Notes: a model not told the origin generated them from the letters alone. DNA of 64,000 nt from Octopus vulgaris (GCA_951406725.2 OX597814.1:24800001-24864000), one strand, 5' to 3'. Positions 27,053 through 41,100 are shown, numbered from the stretch's first letter. Program-made: numbers and translations.

Positions 27053-28108
27053 GTTGGGGTCCACCAGGGTTCAGTACTCAGCCCCCTCCTATTTATCATA
27101 GTCCTCCAGGCAATAACGGAGGAATTCAAGACAGGTTGCCCCTGGGAGCTCCTCTATGCTGACGACCTCGCTCTAATCGCTGAGTCACTATCAGAACTGG
27201 AGGAGAAGTTCCAGGTGTGGAAGGAGGGTTTAGAATCGAGGGGCCTTAGAGTCAACCTAGCTAAAACCAAAGTACTAATAAGTAGAAAGGTAGAAAACCC
27301 ACAAATATCATCAGGAAGATGGCCCTGCTCGATCTGTAGAAAAGGTGTAGGTAGAAACTCTATAAGATGTACCCAGTGTAAGCTATGGACACATAAGAGG
27401 TGCAGCAATGTCAAAGGTAGGCTAACTGGGAAGATAGTTTTTGTATGTGGCAGGTGCTCTGGAGCACTGACCTCTGAAAATCTGCAGAAAACAACTTCTG
27501 TCACTTTCCGGGGGGAAAAACTAGAAGTAGTTGATAGTTTCCGCTATCTAGGTGACCAAGTCAGTAGTGGGGGTGGGTGCGCTGAAAGTGTAACTGCTAG
27601 AATAAGAATAGCCTGGGCAAAGTTTAGGGAGCTCTTACCTCTGCTGGTGACTAAAGGCCTCTCGCTCAGAGTAAAAGGCAGACTGTATGATGCATGTGTA
27701 CGAACAGCTATGCTACATGGCAGTGAAACATGGGCCGTGACTGCTGAGGACATGCGTAAGCTCGTGAGGAACGAAGCCAGTATGCTCCGATGGATGTGTA
27801 ATGTCAGTGTACTTACTCGACAGAGCGTTAGTACCTTGAGAGAAATGTTGTACCTAAGAAGCATCAGTTGTTGTGTGCAAGAGAGACGATTGCGCTGGTA
27901 TGGTCATGTGGCGAGAATGGATGAAGAGAGGTGTGTGAGAAAGTGCCAATCCCTAGCAGTTGAGGGAACCCGTGGAAGAGGTAGACCCAGGAAAACCTGG
28001 GACGAGGTGGTGAAGCACGACCTTCGGACGTTAGGTCTCACCATGGAAATGACTAGAGACCGAGACCTATGGAAGTATGCTGTGCGTGAGAAGACCCGGC
28101 AAGACTAG
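27053..28108 (+). pseudogene. C-terminal half of RTE reverse transcriptase with an inserted C4HC3 (PHD-type) finger; no genuine start codon
   Basis: Motifs [45 protein letters not shown] and GRGRPRKTW. The first ~50 aa of the 401-aa ORF call are microsatellite read-through. Confidence 0.93.
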
Positions 28109-28370
28109 TGAAGCCATAATCCGTGGCCCCTACCTGGGACGTAGTCAGTCCACCTGTGCATACCTTCCTTCTTGTGACACTTGTGAAGACCTGTTGAGGC
28201 AAGTGAGAATCGAATCGTATCAAATCAAATCGAACCAAATCAAAATAGATGAACATCAATGGAATTTGTATCCTTGTGGTACCAGTGCCGGTGGCACATA
28301 AGAAAACCATCCGAACGTGACCGTAGCCAGTACCGCAATGACTGGCCTCCGTGCTGAGGGCACGTAACAA

Positions 28371-28749
28371 ACACCATCCGAGCGTGGCCGTCCGCCAGCC
28401 TCGTCTAGCACCTGTGTCGGTGACACATAAGAAAACACCATCCGAGCGTGGCCGTCTGCCAGCCTCGTCTGGCACCTGTGTCGGTGGCACATAAAAAACA
28501 CCATCCGAGCGTGGCCGTCTGCCAGCCTCGTCTGGCACCTGTGTCGGTGGCACATAAAAAACACCATCCGAGCGTGGCCGTCTGCCAGCCTTGTCTGGCA
28601 CCTGTGTCGGTGGCACATAAAAAAACACCATCCGAGCGTGGCCGTCTGCCAGCCTCGTCTGGCACCTGTGTCGGTGGCACATAAAAAACACCATCCGAGC
28701 GTGGCCGTCTGCCAGCCTCGTCTGGCACCTGTGTCGGTGGCACATAAAA
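28371..28749 (+). repeat. Six tandem 62-64 bp units in the RTE 3'UTR
   Basis: Unit acaccatccgagcgtggccgtctgccagcctcgtctggcacctgtgtcggtggcacataaaaa starts at 28371, 28435, 28498, 28561, 28625 and 28688. Confidence 0.95.
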
Positions 28750-28925
28750 TCACCCACTACACTCTCGGAGTGGTTGGCGTTAGGAAGGGCATCCAGCTGT
28801 AGAAACACTGCCACATCTGACTGGCCTGGTGCAGCCTTCGGGCTTCCCAGACCCCAGTTGAACCGTCCAACCCATGCTAGCATGGAAAGCGGACGTTAAA
28901 CGATGATGATGATGATGATGATGAT

Positions 28926-29009
<84 letters not shown>

Positions 29010-29714
29010 TGAAGATATATACATATATATACATACATATGTATGTATGTATGTATGTATTTATGTATGTATATATGCTTAGCTTACAATTGTTTGGAAA
29101 GTGATTATTTGATTTGAGACTATTGGGTCTGAAAAAATATTGCTTCATTGTAAAACATACACTCATGACCACATTTATATTAACTTTTTCTGCCTTGTCA
29201 TTTTGTAATAGTGATATATATATATTATTAGGTGTCCAACTCTTTCAGGATAAATATACAACCTGGTCACTGTCATTGTGTTGCACTGAAATACACTGAA
29301 GTTGGCCAAAGTTATGATAATAGCCTTTGAAACCTAAATATATAGAATGTTATTTTTATAAAAATGATACAGTAAATGTGCATGCATATATACATATATG
29401 TGTGTGAGTGAGTGTGTGAAAGAGTGAGTTTGAATGTATAAAACAAGATTAATTTCTTTAGGAAATTTATTCTCTCATACACATACACACATGCATGCAC
29501 ACATAAAACAATGGTTTTCCTTCAGTTTCCATTCACCATTTTCACTCAGGAGACTTTGGTCAATTCAGGTATAGAGTAAAAGATTCTTGCCCAAGATGCC
29601 ATGCAGTAGGACTGGAGCTAAAACCACTTGATTAGGTTTTATTTTATATATTTCATAATCACATAGCTATGCATGTGCCTATATTTATATAGGCACAAGC
29701 ATGGCTGTGTAATT

Positions 29715-31313
29715 GGAGAAAGCCTTTGACAGGGTCCCCTGATCCCTTATCTGGGGGTCAAAGTGGAAACTAGAGATAGACAAATGGCTGGTGAGAGCTG
29801 TGCAAGCTATGTACAGGAATGCTACAAGTAAGGTGAGGGTGGGCAATGAGTATAGTGAAGAATTCAGGGTACAAGTAGGGGTTCACCAAGGATCAGTGCT
29901 CAGCCCTCTCTTGTTCATCATAGTCCTCTAGGCAATAACTGATGAGTTTAAGATGGGCTTCCCCCTGGGAGCTCCTCTATGCTGATGACCTTGCTCTTAT
30001 AACTGAATCACTACCAGGAGTAGAGAAGAAGTTCCAGGTATGGAAACAAGGTCAAGAATCAAAGGGCCTTACAGTTAACCTAGCAAAAAACCAGTCTTAG
30101 TATGTAAGAAAGCAGACAAATCACAAATCCCTTCTGGTAGATGGCTCTGCTTGATCTGTAGAAAAGGCACCTAGTATATGCTTAGGACATATAAAAGCTG
30201 CAGCAATATCAAAGGAAGGTCAACAGAAAAACTAGCATTTGTATGCGGAAGATGTACAGGTGCAATAAACACTGAAAATGTGCAGAAAAACTCCAACTGC
30301 CAGGGGAGCAAGCTAGAGGTAGTAGATAACTTCTGTTATCTAGATGACCAAGTTAGTAGTGGAGGTGGATGCTCCAAGAGAGTAGCTGTGAGAATAAGAT
30401 TAGGCCGGGCAAAGTTTAGTGAGCTCCTACCTCTACTGGTAACAAAAGACCTCTCTCTCAAAGTGAAAGGTAGATTGTATGATGCCTGTGTGTGAACAGC
30501 CATGCTACATGACAGTGAAACATGGGTTGTGACAGACAAGGAAATGCGTTGGCTCAAAAGAAATGAAGCTAGTATGCTTTGCTGGACATGCAATGTCAGT
30601 GTGCATGTTCATCAGAGTGTAAGTGTCTTGAGAGAAAAGTTAGGCATAAGAGGCAGCAGATGTGGTGTGCAAGAGAGACAACTGCACTGGTATAGTCATG
30701 TGATGTGTATAGACAAAGACAACTGTGTAAAGAAATGCTGATCTCTGTGGAGGAAAGCTGTGGTAGAGGTAGAACCAGAAAGACATGTGATGAAGCATCA
30801 TCTTTGAATTTTGAGCCTCACCGAGGCAATGACTAGTGACTGAGACCTTTGGTGATATGCTGTGCTTGAGAAGATCCGTCAAGCCAAGTAAAATCGTAGT
30901 CATGGCTGATGTTGGTGTCACATAATTGGTACCCATGCTGGTGGCATGTAAAGAGTACCATTGGAGCACTGGACCTCACGGAAGCAAAGTGGCCAAGTTT
31001 CTTTCGAGAGCTGAACCTCACAGAGGCAATGACCGAGACTTTTGGCATTATGTCGTGCTTGAGAAGAAAACCCAACAAACCATGCAAAATCACTGTCATG
31101 GCAAATACCGGTGTCACGCAAATGACACCTGTGCTAGTGGCACATAAAAGCACCCATTATACTCTCAGAGTGGTTGGCATTGGGAAGGGCATCTAGCTAT
31201 AGAAAACAATACCAAATCAGACTGGAATCTGGTGCAGCCTTAAGCTGACAAGCTCTGGTTAAACCGTCCAACCCATTCCAGCATGGACAACAGACGTTAA
31301 ATGATGATGATGA

Positions 31314-31350
<37 letters not shown>
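29715..31350 (+). mobile_element. Older RTE LINE (RT to tail) with stops and frameshifts
   Basis: [26 protein letters not shown] and a PHD remnant. The ORF-end segment is duplicated (about 30815-30905 and 31010-31100); (GAT)n tail. Confidence 0.92.
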
Positions 31351-31351
<1 letters not shown>

Positions 31352-31352
31352 C

Positions 31353-31392
<40 letters not shown>

Positions 31393-32013
31393 TGTTTTAA
31401 ATCCGGGTTTTGTCCCCATTAATGTGGGTGGCTGAATCTATCTTAATGTCATAGCAACCACCTTCACACCATTCGCCATCTTGCCCGGTTTTGGGCATCC
31501 TCCCTCCTCAAGCCAACCCTCCCAATCTCCTCCTCCACCTGTTCCCTCCACCTATTCCTCAGTCTACCTTGCTTTCGTACTCCATTTACCTCAAATGCAA
31601 TCACCCTCCTCAGAACATGCACTTCATCCCTCCTCAACACATCCCCATACCACCTCACCTCATTCACCCTTGCCAACCAGTCCACTGATTCCTCCAGCCC
31701 CAGCATTCCCATCAAATCCTCTTATCAAACAGCTTCACCCCACACATTACTCTCACCATTGCTCTCTCACTCCTTCTCAAAATTACCATCTCTCTTTCTC
31801 TCAGACACCATTTCTCACTCCAATACAGCATTGCAGCTCTCACACAACACTTATAGACCCTTACTTTCATCTTCAATGTGAACCTTTTCCCATATAACAA
31901 CGTTCCACATTACCTGAACTTGACCCAACCAAGTCTCACTCTTACTGTCACAGCTCCTTAACATCCACCACTTACATCCACCCTATCTCTTAAATAACAA
32001 AACGCTCTCACCA
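31352..32013 (-). mobile_element. RTE LINE of a different subfamily, tail-to-tail with the previous copy
   Basis: Encodes GKRFTLKMKVRVYKCCVRAAMLY, VRWYGDVLRR and GRLRNRW. Short distinct 3'UTR with (CAT)n on the plus strand. Confidence 0.88.
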
Positions 32014-32288
32014 TTTGATGATTTTATTTATGCGGAATTTTTGCTTTGCTTGGAAATATGCAGACTTATTATTTTGTGTGGAAATGGGTAAAGTTTGAAT
32101 ACTGGTAAGGCATTAGGCTGTACCAAGGTCTGCCTCAATAAAGTTTGTACAGCCCATGCAAGTATGGAAAAATGGGCATTAAAATGATGACAATGACAAT
32201 GATGATGGTAGTGATGATAATGACAATGATGATACAGATAACAATGATGATGACAATGATGATGATAAAGATGAATAGCCATGTGGTT

Positions 32289-32687
32289 TACTCTCTTACT
32301 TGTTTCAGTCATTTGACTGCAGCTATGCTGGAGCACCACCTTTAGTCAAGCAAATTGACCCCAGAACCTATCCTTTGTAAGCCTAGTACTTATTATATTG
32401 GTCTCTTTTGCCAAACCGCCAAGTTACGGGGACATAAACCCAACAGCATCAGTTGTCAAGTAATGTTGGGGGGATCAAACACAGACGCACAAACACACAC
32501 ACACACATATATATATGTATATACATATATACAATGGGCTTCTTTCAGTTTCCGTCTACCAAATCCACTCACAAGGCTTTGGTCAGCCCGAGGTTATAGC
32601 AGAAGACACTTGCCCAAAGTGCAGTGCAGTGGGACTGAACCTGGAACCATGTAGTTGGTAAGCAAGCTACTTACCACACAGCGACTC
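32289..32687 (-). mobile_element. CORE-like SINE family 1
   Basis: Reverse complement of 17683-18101. Confidence 0.85.
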
Positions 32688-33515
32688 GTTTTGCAAACAT
32701 ATGATCCTTAGTGTGAATACTCTTCATGGTACCTCCTGTAGGCAAAAATTGCATAGAAGTCTATTGCGTATTCATATGTGTGTGTATCAGCATTCACATT
32801 TGTGTTTATGTTGTATTTATGTTATGCCCAAGGCATTCAATCGGTAGACTTCTTAGATCAGTGAATAAAACAAATACAACCTTATATTCTAGCTGTATGT
32901 GCTCTGAGTTCAAATCCTGCTGGAGTCAACTTTGCCTTTTATCTTCTCTAAATGAATCAGAAAAATATCAACCAAATGCAGAAAAGGTAATCCCCACCTT
33001 TTCTCCTTCTCTCTCTCTCTCTCTCTTTCTATCTATCTCACTTTCTCTCTCTTTCTCTCTCTTCTCATTTATAATGTCTTGGGTGTTCCACCTTGTGACT
33101 ACATAAGAATTTGCAATAAAATCATTTAGCCAAAAGCATGATGCATATTACCAGGTCATCTTCACTTCTGAATGACAGCCATAATGTTATGTTGCATCTC
33201 TTAATGTCTTGCGAGGTAGCTGTTCGACAAATGGATATTAATGAAATAATTACCAGCCTCCGTGAAGTACTGACACCAACATCATTGATTAAACAACAAA
33301 TGGAAAGGAGAGTACCGGCATGGCTGCAGATCAATGACTGAAACCAGTAGGACAATTATTTTGAGAAAGAGATACAAGAGACAGAAAGAGAAAGGATGTT
33401 ATAGAAATACGTTTTTGCAATGTAAATGAAATAGTTTGCAGTGAGTATTGTTATGATATTTATATTTATGATTGCAGTCATACACTAACCTTTCTTAAGA
33501 GTGACTCTATTTTGG

Positions 33516-33625
33516 GTATGTATATATATGTATACACACACACATATATATGCATATGGATGTATGTGTGTATATACATATACATATATCTGTTTGTATA
33601 TATATATATCGTATATATATTTGTA

Positions 33626-33661
<36 letters not shown>

Positions 33662-33855
33662 CATACATATATATACACACATATATATGCATATGGATGT
33701 GTGTGTGTATATATATATACATATATATGTTTGTATATATACATATATATATATATCATATATATATTTGTATGTATATCTATATATATATATGTATATA
33801 TATATGTTTATATATATATATATATATGTATATATATGTATATATATATATATAG

Positions 33856-33890
<35 letters not shown>

Positions 33891-34190
33891 GTTTATATAT
33901 ATATGTATATTTATATGTATATATATATATATGTATATATATATGTATGTATATATATATATATGTATATATATATGTATATATATATATATATGTATAT
34001 ATGTATATATATATGTATATATATATACATATATAGTATACATATGCATATAATATTACATATATATATTTAAATATACATATATATATATATATATTTA
34101 AATATACATATATATATATATATATAATATAATATACATATATAAAATATATATATATTTGTGTGTGTGTGTGTATGTGTGTGTGTTTGC
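33516..34190. repeat. Long degenerate (TA)n microsatellite
   Basis: Seen directly. Confidence 0.95.
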
Positions 34191-34519
34191 GTGCTTGTAC
34201 ATATGAAGTACTTTTTAAGATGATACAAGAAGTTAATACTATTGTTTGATAAAGAGAAACTAAATGAGAAAGTTAGTCAAGAAAATCCATTAATATAAAG
34301 CTTATAGTTTTCAGTACAAAAGTGTCAAACTCTTCTGAACATTAATTATAAAGATCTGAAGAATATCATGATGAAATAAACGCTATTATATCATTTATAA
34401 ACTGCCATTATATTGATATAAATGAAACCATAATAATAATCATTCTGCTAAAGTGGTAAAATAATTATGCATTTAACAATTTCTTAGATAACAATGTATA
34501 CATATGTACATGCGTGTAT

Positions 34520-34604
<85 letters not shown>

Positions 34605-36136
34605 TGAGTGTGTATGCTTGTATCTATTTATTTATGTGTGTAGAACACACAGAAATGTGTGTGTATATGTGTGCAATGTATGTAAAAACTAAATATCTCC
34701 ATATATATATACATATATATTTTTTAACAGGAATAATGTATAACAAATTATCTAATTCAAACTACTACTACTACTACTGCTGCTGCTGCTATTCATGATG
34801 ATAATGGTGATGATGACAGTGATGACAACTATGAAGATGACAACAACAATGATAATGATGAGGAGGAGGAGGAGGATGGCAATGAGAGCAGCAACAACAA
34901 TGATGTTGATAATATAATAATTTTCTAATTCTTCAATGTAAATATTGCTGCTTAAAATGTTTCAGATGAATTATTGTGCGATTATAATTATAATTTTATG
35001 GACTATTAAACCTTATTTTTAAAGCATATATTTACAATATTTACATCTGCAGCACCTTTTGAAGATATTCAAAAATAAAACACTTGACAATGATCAAGTC
35101 TCAAACTAATCTCATTTCCCAGAGGAAACCCCTGTTTTTTTCTCTTTCTACCATGAGCTCTAAGCTGTTTGTATTCAACCAGCTTAAGTAAGTAAGCATC
35201 TGCATAATTTTACTTTTTATCATCTACTGATTTCACTCACTGGACTGCAGCCATGCTGGGGTACAATCTTGAAGTGTCCAGTCAAATAAATTACCCCTAG
35301 TACTAGTCTTGCATTTGTTATACCAGTATCTCTTGGAAAAGTAAACCAACTGAACCATTTGTCAAGTGGTGGTGGTGATGGTGGTAGGGGCAAACACTTG
35401 CAAAGACACATCACATGCATTTATATATGTGTGTGTGTATGTGTGTGCGTATGTGTGTGCGTATCTGTGTATAACTCATGCCAGCATGTAAAACAGATGT
35501 TAAAATGATGATGATGATGATGATGAAGCAAAAATTATAAAGAACATAAATATAAAGTAAAATATAAGCAGATCATATTAGGTTTACATTAAAATAAAAA
35601 AAAAACAGAAGGAAAAGCTTTTTACATTTCGTGCATATGCTCTTGTACAGAAAACATAGAAAGAGGTTACTACAGGCATGAGTGACAAGTGGCAGTGGCA
35701 ATGTGAGTGGTGCTGGAAGATGAGGTAGTCCAAGAGAGGAAGAAGTTCAGTCCAGGCAGGATGAGATTTCTCGGTTTTGGACTACCATATTCATTCATAG
35801 GTCATTGGTTGACCCAGAGTTATAGTAAATTCTGTGCAGTGGGTCTGAACGCTAAACCATATGGACACAGTGTGAATTTCTTAACCATACAGCCTATGTG
35901 TAAACATTTTTTTATCACCATTGGTCCAGACAATTTTCATTTTTTTTCACCATTTCTTCAACAATATTTACCTTATTTCAATGAAAATATAATTTCATTT
36001 AACTACCATAAAGTTGCTAATCACCTTAAGTAAGCATTTACTTTTCTCTCAGTCAAGATATAACATAGGATGTGTAAGAAGCAAGTTATGATTTTCAATA
36101 TTGCTGTAAGTGATGTTACAATATACTTTGCAAAGA

Positions 36137-36345
36137 AGGCGGCAAGCTGGTAGAAACATTAGCATGCCAGACAAAATGCTTAGTGGATTTCCCCTGTCTT
36201 TATGTTCTGAGTGCAAATTCTGCCATGGTCGACTTTGTCTTTCCTCTTTTTGGAGTCAAAAAATTAAGTACCAGTTGTGTTGTGGAGTCGATCTAATCAA
36301 CTGGAACCTACCCCCAAAATTTCTGACCTTATGCCTAGAGAGGAA
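36137..36345 (+). mobile_element. Family-2 SINE
   Basis: ggcggcaagctggtagaaacattagc head plus the Nin-like module. Confidence 0.75.
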
Positions 36346-37369
36346 GGGAAAAGAATATACTTTGCAAAGCATGCATTTCATTACCTCTTATTGCACTATA
36401 AAATGTAACAGCCATTGTGTTGAGTCTAAGTCAGCTATAACGAAGAAAACCTACAGAAATTTCAAGTTTTAATAAAAGTTCAGCAATTTTAGATGAAGAA
36501 GATAGCTGATTTAATCAAACTAAATGTTTGACTGGTACAAAGTTGACCTCATTATAATTCGAACTCACTGAAATGAATGAGAAGAAATGTTGCAAAGCAT
36601 TTTCGTCTGGCACTGTAAGAGTTCTAAAAGCTCACCACCTGAAGCAAAACGTGTTTCATCCACAGAAATTTTGTCTTCTATATTTTTTTTAAGAGCATAT
36701 TTAGAACTACATTACCTGCTGTGTCTGTCCTCATTTAAAATGCTAAGCTGTGATTGGAGGAAAATCTGGCTACTATTTATAGTAAACTTAGTTACCAAGT
36801 AGAGATTTTCCCATTGGCTTGTAAATAACAGTTTGTGAGCAATGGTAAAAAGTGAATTGTATTCTGCAATGATAGACAAAATAAACGATATATCAGACAC
36901 TTGTTATAAGTGTTCACTATTTATCAGTGGGTATACTGACATAACAGTTACATTTTATGTCAGTAAATGTTTTAAATAAGAACAAGTCATATACATGTGT
37001 CTGTGTGTGTGTGTGTGTGTATGCGTGTGTGTGTATAATAATAAAGAAACTTGCAAGAATCGGGTACTTGAATGATATGCACCAGGTGGGTTTGAGTTAA
37101 CTTGTAATCACCACCTTTAGTCAAATCAATATCCCTTCAACTATTCAGATTGAGCACACAGAGAAAAAAAGCACCCCTACAAGGGGTTGGTCCAAAGCAC
37201 ACCTTGTGTTGATCATACTTTGCTTTCTAGGATGTCCAACATGTCGTGAGTCCCTTTGGTGTATTATAAGCAAATGAATAGAAACAGACGATGGATAAAA
37301 GTCAATTCATGAACTGACATTTATCCATTGTCTGTTATTGATTATTTGCTTATGTGTGCGTGTGTATGG

Positions 37370-38172
37370 CAGCCAGCTGTAGAAACATTGCCAGATAAGA
37401 CCGGAGCCTGGTGCAGCCTTCTGGCTTCCCAGATCCCCGGTCGAACCGTCCAACCCATGCTAGCATGGAGAACGGACGTTAAACGATGATGATGATGATG
37501 ATGATATCATCATCATCATTTTGCTTCTGCTTTTCATGCTGGCATACGTGTTAGATGGTTTGACTGAAACTGGTAAACTGTAGGGCTACACCAGGTTCCA
37601 TTCTGATTTGGCATAGCTTTTATGACTGGTTTGCCCTTCCTAATGCCAACCACTCCAAGAGTGTAATGGGCGTTTTTTACATGCCACCAGCATCAGCCAC
37701 GATTATGATTTCACTTGGCTTGATAAGTCTTCTCAAGCACGGCATAATGTCAAATGTCTTGGTCACTTATCATTTTATGTCACCAGCATGTGTGCGAGTT
37801 ACAGGATACCAGCATCGACCATGACTACGATCTCTCTTGGCTTGACAGGTCTTTGCAGGCACAGCATATTGCCAGATGTCTCAGTCACTTGTCATTGCTT
37901 CTGTAAGTTTGAAGATCATGCTTTAACACCTCGTACAAGGCCAACCCTTTCCACAGGTTCCCTCCACAGTTAGAGATCGGTATTTCTTTACACAGTTGTC
38001 CTCGTCCATATGCATCACATGCCCATACCAACACAGTCATCTCTCTTCCACACCACATCTGCTGCCTCTTATGCTCAACTTTTCTCTCAAGGCGCTTACA
38101 CTGTTATACATGCATACTGGCATTGCACACCCAGGGAAGCTTACTACCTTCATATCTTTTTGACTTTCCTAC
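37370..38172. mobile_element. RTE tail (plus, 37370-37505) joined tail-to-tail to a minus-strand RTE fragment (37508-38172)
   Basis: (GAT)n switches to (CAT)n, and both sides match the RTE 3' region. Confidence 0.85.
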
Positions 38173-38177
38173 CTTAA

Positions 38178-41100
38178 TAATTCTACCAAAAATTCCAGAA
38201 GCTTGACTGAAAGTTATAAAAAGCTGGGATATTGAATTCTCACACAGAGCAACTGCAATTACACAGAATTCTGTCGGTTAGTTTTGTGGTAAGGTATTCG
38301 CACTCTTTCTACTTATTCTGTATTTAACATCCATGAACATTTTACATGTAAGTATATTATTTTATGCAATGAAGACTTAACTATCAGAGTCACTATCTAA
38401 TATATACTGTTTTACTTAAATAATTGTTGTACATATGTAAATGTGAATGTCCCGCGTAGTAAAGAATATGGAAACGTATATCAATATTAGTGTGGTCATT
38501 TTGACCTTCAAATGCAGCCCACCTTATATTGTGTGCTACCAACAATGACTTAATGACATACACCTTATAAAACTCCTGTTCCATCGTCACGGGTAGCTAT
38601 ATCCTTTTCATCACCTCTTCCTTGGACGTGGAGTGGAGACGGTAATTTGTTTCATGCAATTGGAAGCACACTTTTCGACGCAAAAAAAATCTAGTCAAAA
38701 TCTCACCAAATCAATTTCTTAATAAGCGTCCTTCCGACAGCTTTAAGTGGTGAAGTAAGGGACTTATCACAACTCCTGCAGGTATCATTTCGTGTCAGGA
38801 AATTAAACTAGAGATATTATAACACACGTCCAGTTCCCAACAAAAGCGTTTAGATCAATTGTACACAGTGAAACTTTAAGAGATAAAAGGCCTTCACACT
38901 ACTACAAAGAATGAAGGAACTGCTAGAAAATAATTCCCAAGAGGAATTTTTCGTGACACATTTGTTCCTGTCACGTTTATTGCCGATTGTATAAGAAGTT
39001 TTGGCAACAATAAGGGATAATTATCGGAGGGCATTATCGACATTTCATTTCAGTTTCCTCTACTACTTTTGTTCCCCTTTTTTCAAAGCGTTGACGGAGT
39101 TTCGTGAGTTTAGTGAAGGGAAAATATCCGGACAATGAAAGCAAAAATGACATGTTTTGAAACACCACGTTTTCTGCACATTTAGCTTTCCGTTTCAGAA
39201 ATTCGGCGCGAATTTCTCTAGTTCTAATTCGCGCAAGAAAACTTATTGAGTGTTGGTGTCATTACAAATTCAGCTAGAATTTTCGTACACAACTTTATTC
39301 CTTTCAATTTGCTTCTAAGCAAGTGGAAAACGTAAATGCCAAGGATTAACAACGGACCTGTCACCCGGCACTTATAGGAAGGTCTTAATTTCTCTTTGAT
39401 TCTTCTTCGAAATATTATTTTCTCATGGACACTCGTGGTGACTGTAGTTTTCAGCCTTACAGTTTTTTTAAGCACATGGTAACCGACAGCGGTCACTTTG
39501 CAAGATATAAACCACCCAGCAATGTCAACTTATGGAGAAAAATTGATGACGTTCAACTTCAATTTACGTAGCGTTTACAAATTGGTTTTTATCATAGCTA
39601 ATCTTCCATCTCCAATCATTGGAGCTTATTTTCTTCATCAGTTGCGTAACCTAGTTATTATCATTTTTAAATCATATATGAATTGATTCTCCGACTAATT
39701 TCTTACCTGCCAAACAAAGACGCTTGATTTGTTTTTCTGCTCTTCTCAATTTATATCTCCCGGGAGTTACAGCGACAGAGAAATTCATTTCAACTTCATT
39801 AATTTAGCCACAGATGAACAAGAATGTTTGTCATTGGGTTAGGAATCGTGTATCTTGTCAAAAAGCAAAATTTCATTCTCATATCAGAGATCACTTAGGA
39901 ACTTCTGTTACACTGGATGCATGTTCTCAACGCATACATACAGATATTATTGGGCCCTATTCTCCTGTTCAGGTCAATATCTATCGGTTGTCCTGTATTG
40001 GTTGTTTATTTGTATTGAAGGTTTATCTGAAACAGTAGCGAAAGCATTGCTTTTTAACTGAATTTCGTCTTAATTAATCTATTTATTTTTGGTGGGAGTG
40101 GATCCAGTCTTGACAACAGATAGGGGCCAGCAGTTTGAATCTAGTTTATTTACTGAATTAACCCAATTGTTGGTTGCTAAGAGGATTTGTACTACGATTT
40201 TTCATCTTGCGGCAAATGAATGATAGTACGTTTTCACCGCCAACTTGAAACATCATTTAAGGTATCGTCTATGGCAATATATGTCCGAGTCATCAAAATT
40301 ACTGCCCAAACAAATAATAAAAACTTATGTTCTAACTGACATCAGTACTTGATCTCGTGTTTTGTCCCTAATGATGCAGTGCAAGCGCCCTTTAATATAC
40401 CACATACAGTACCTTATGATCTTCTGCAGATATACATTAAACATTTCGTAAATGATGTCCACAGTGAAAAATAAGAGAGTTTGGATCGACAGAATAAAAG
40501 AAAAACTTTACAATTACTCAAAGACACGTCTTTACACCCTACGTGAAAATTAATCATACATACAGACACCTTCAGCACTGAAAGCTATTGCTCCTCAAAA
40601 GACATTACTATCAAAAATGGCAGGAACCTGAATTGGCCTGCCAAGTGCGATCACCTATATTATATGTATAAAACAATTTTTTACCCTACAATTTACAGAT
40701 AGTTGGGCTTTTTTGAACTGAGTATAATTGCGAAGCTTTTACTGTTTCACACACACGCAATTGCTTTTGTTCTGTTTCTCTTTCTAACAAAATCGATTCA
40801 ACAAATTACCTTTAGGAAGGATTCTACCTAGATTCGGACCATCGCTCATACCTGAGTTTTGGGCCAAGTCCTAATTACATTGCCATAAAAGTCAAGTATC
40901 GGGTACGAGAAATTAAATGTATTGCCATAAAAGGCATTAATGCCTGCGTGATAATGATAATGGTTAGTCTCGTCAGATCAACTGGTGTATAACCAAATAA
41001 GTAGTAGACTTGAAAATAAGTTTTACGAATATTCCCGTCTAGTAGTTCTACCGAAGAATCTAGAAGTTTGACTGAATGTTATAAAACGGTCGGGATGTTG

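Larger units (their letters stand above)
27053..28926 (+). mobile_element. Young 5'-truncated RTE-clade LINE
   Basis: Open frame to 28108, then a 3'UTR with a repeat array, the terminal palindrome ccatgctagcatgg and a (GAT)n tail. Flanked by (TA)n on both sides. Confidence 0.95.

Noticed and set aside
26580-27162. Long Tyr/Ile/His-rich ORFs (also 33478-34073, 52170-52801, 58690-59069 and others)
   Set aside because: They are translations of (TA)/(CA)/(TG) microsatellites.
26903-28108. 401-aa ORF as an expressed or domesticated gene
   Set aside because: The ATG lies in the flanking microsatellite and the RT lacks its N-terminal domains; this is a young truncated LINE.
28371-28749. CRISPR-like array
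   Set aside because: The units are contiguous with no unique spacers, there are no cas genes, and the array lies in a eukaryotic LINE 3'UTR.
28053-28883. 276-aa minus-strand repeat protein
   Set aside because: Antisense reading of the GC-rich 63-bp UTR array; several frames are open for the same reason.
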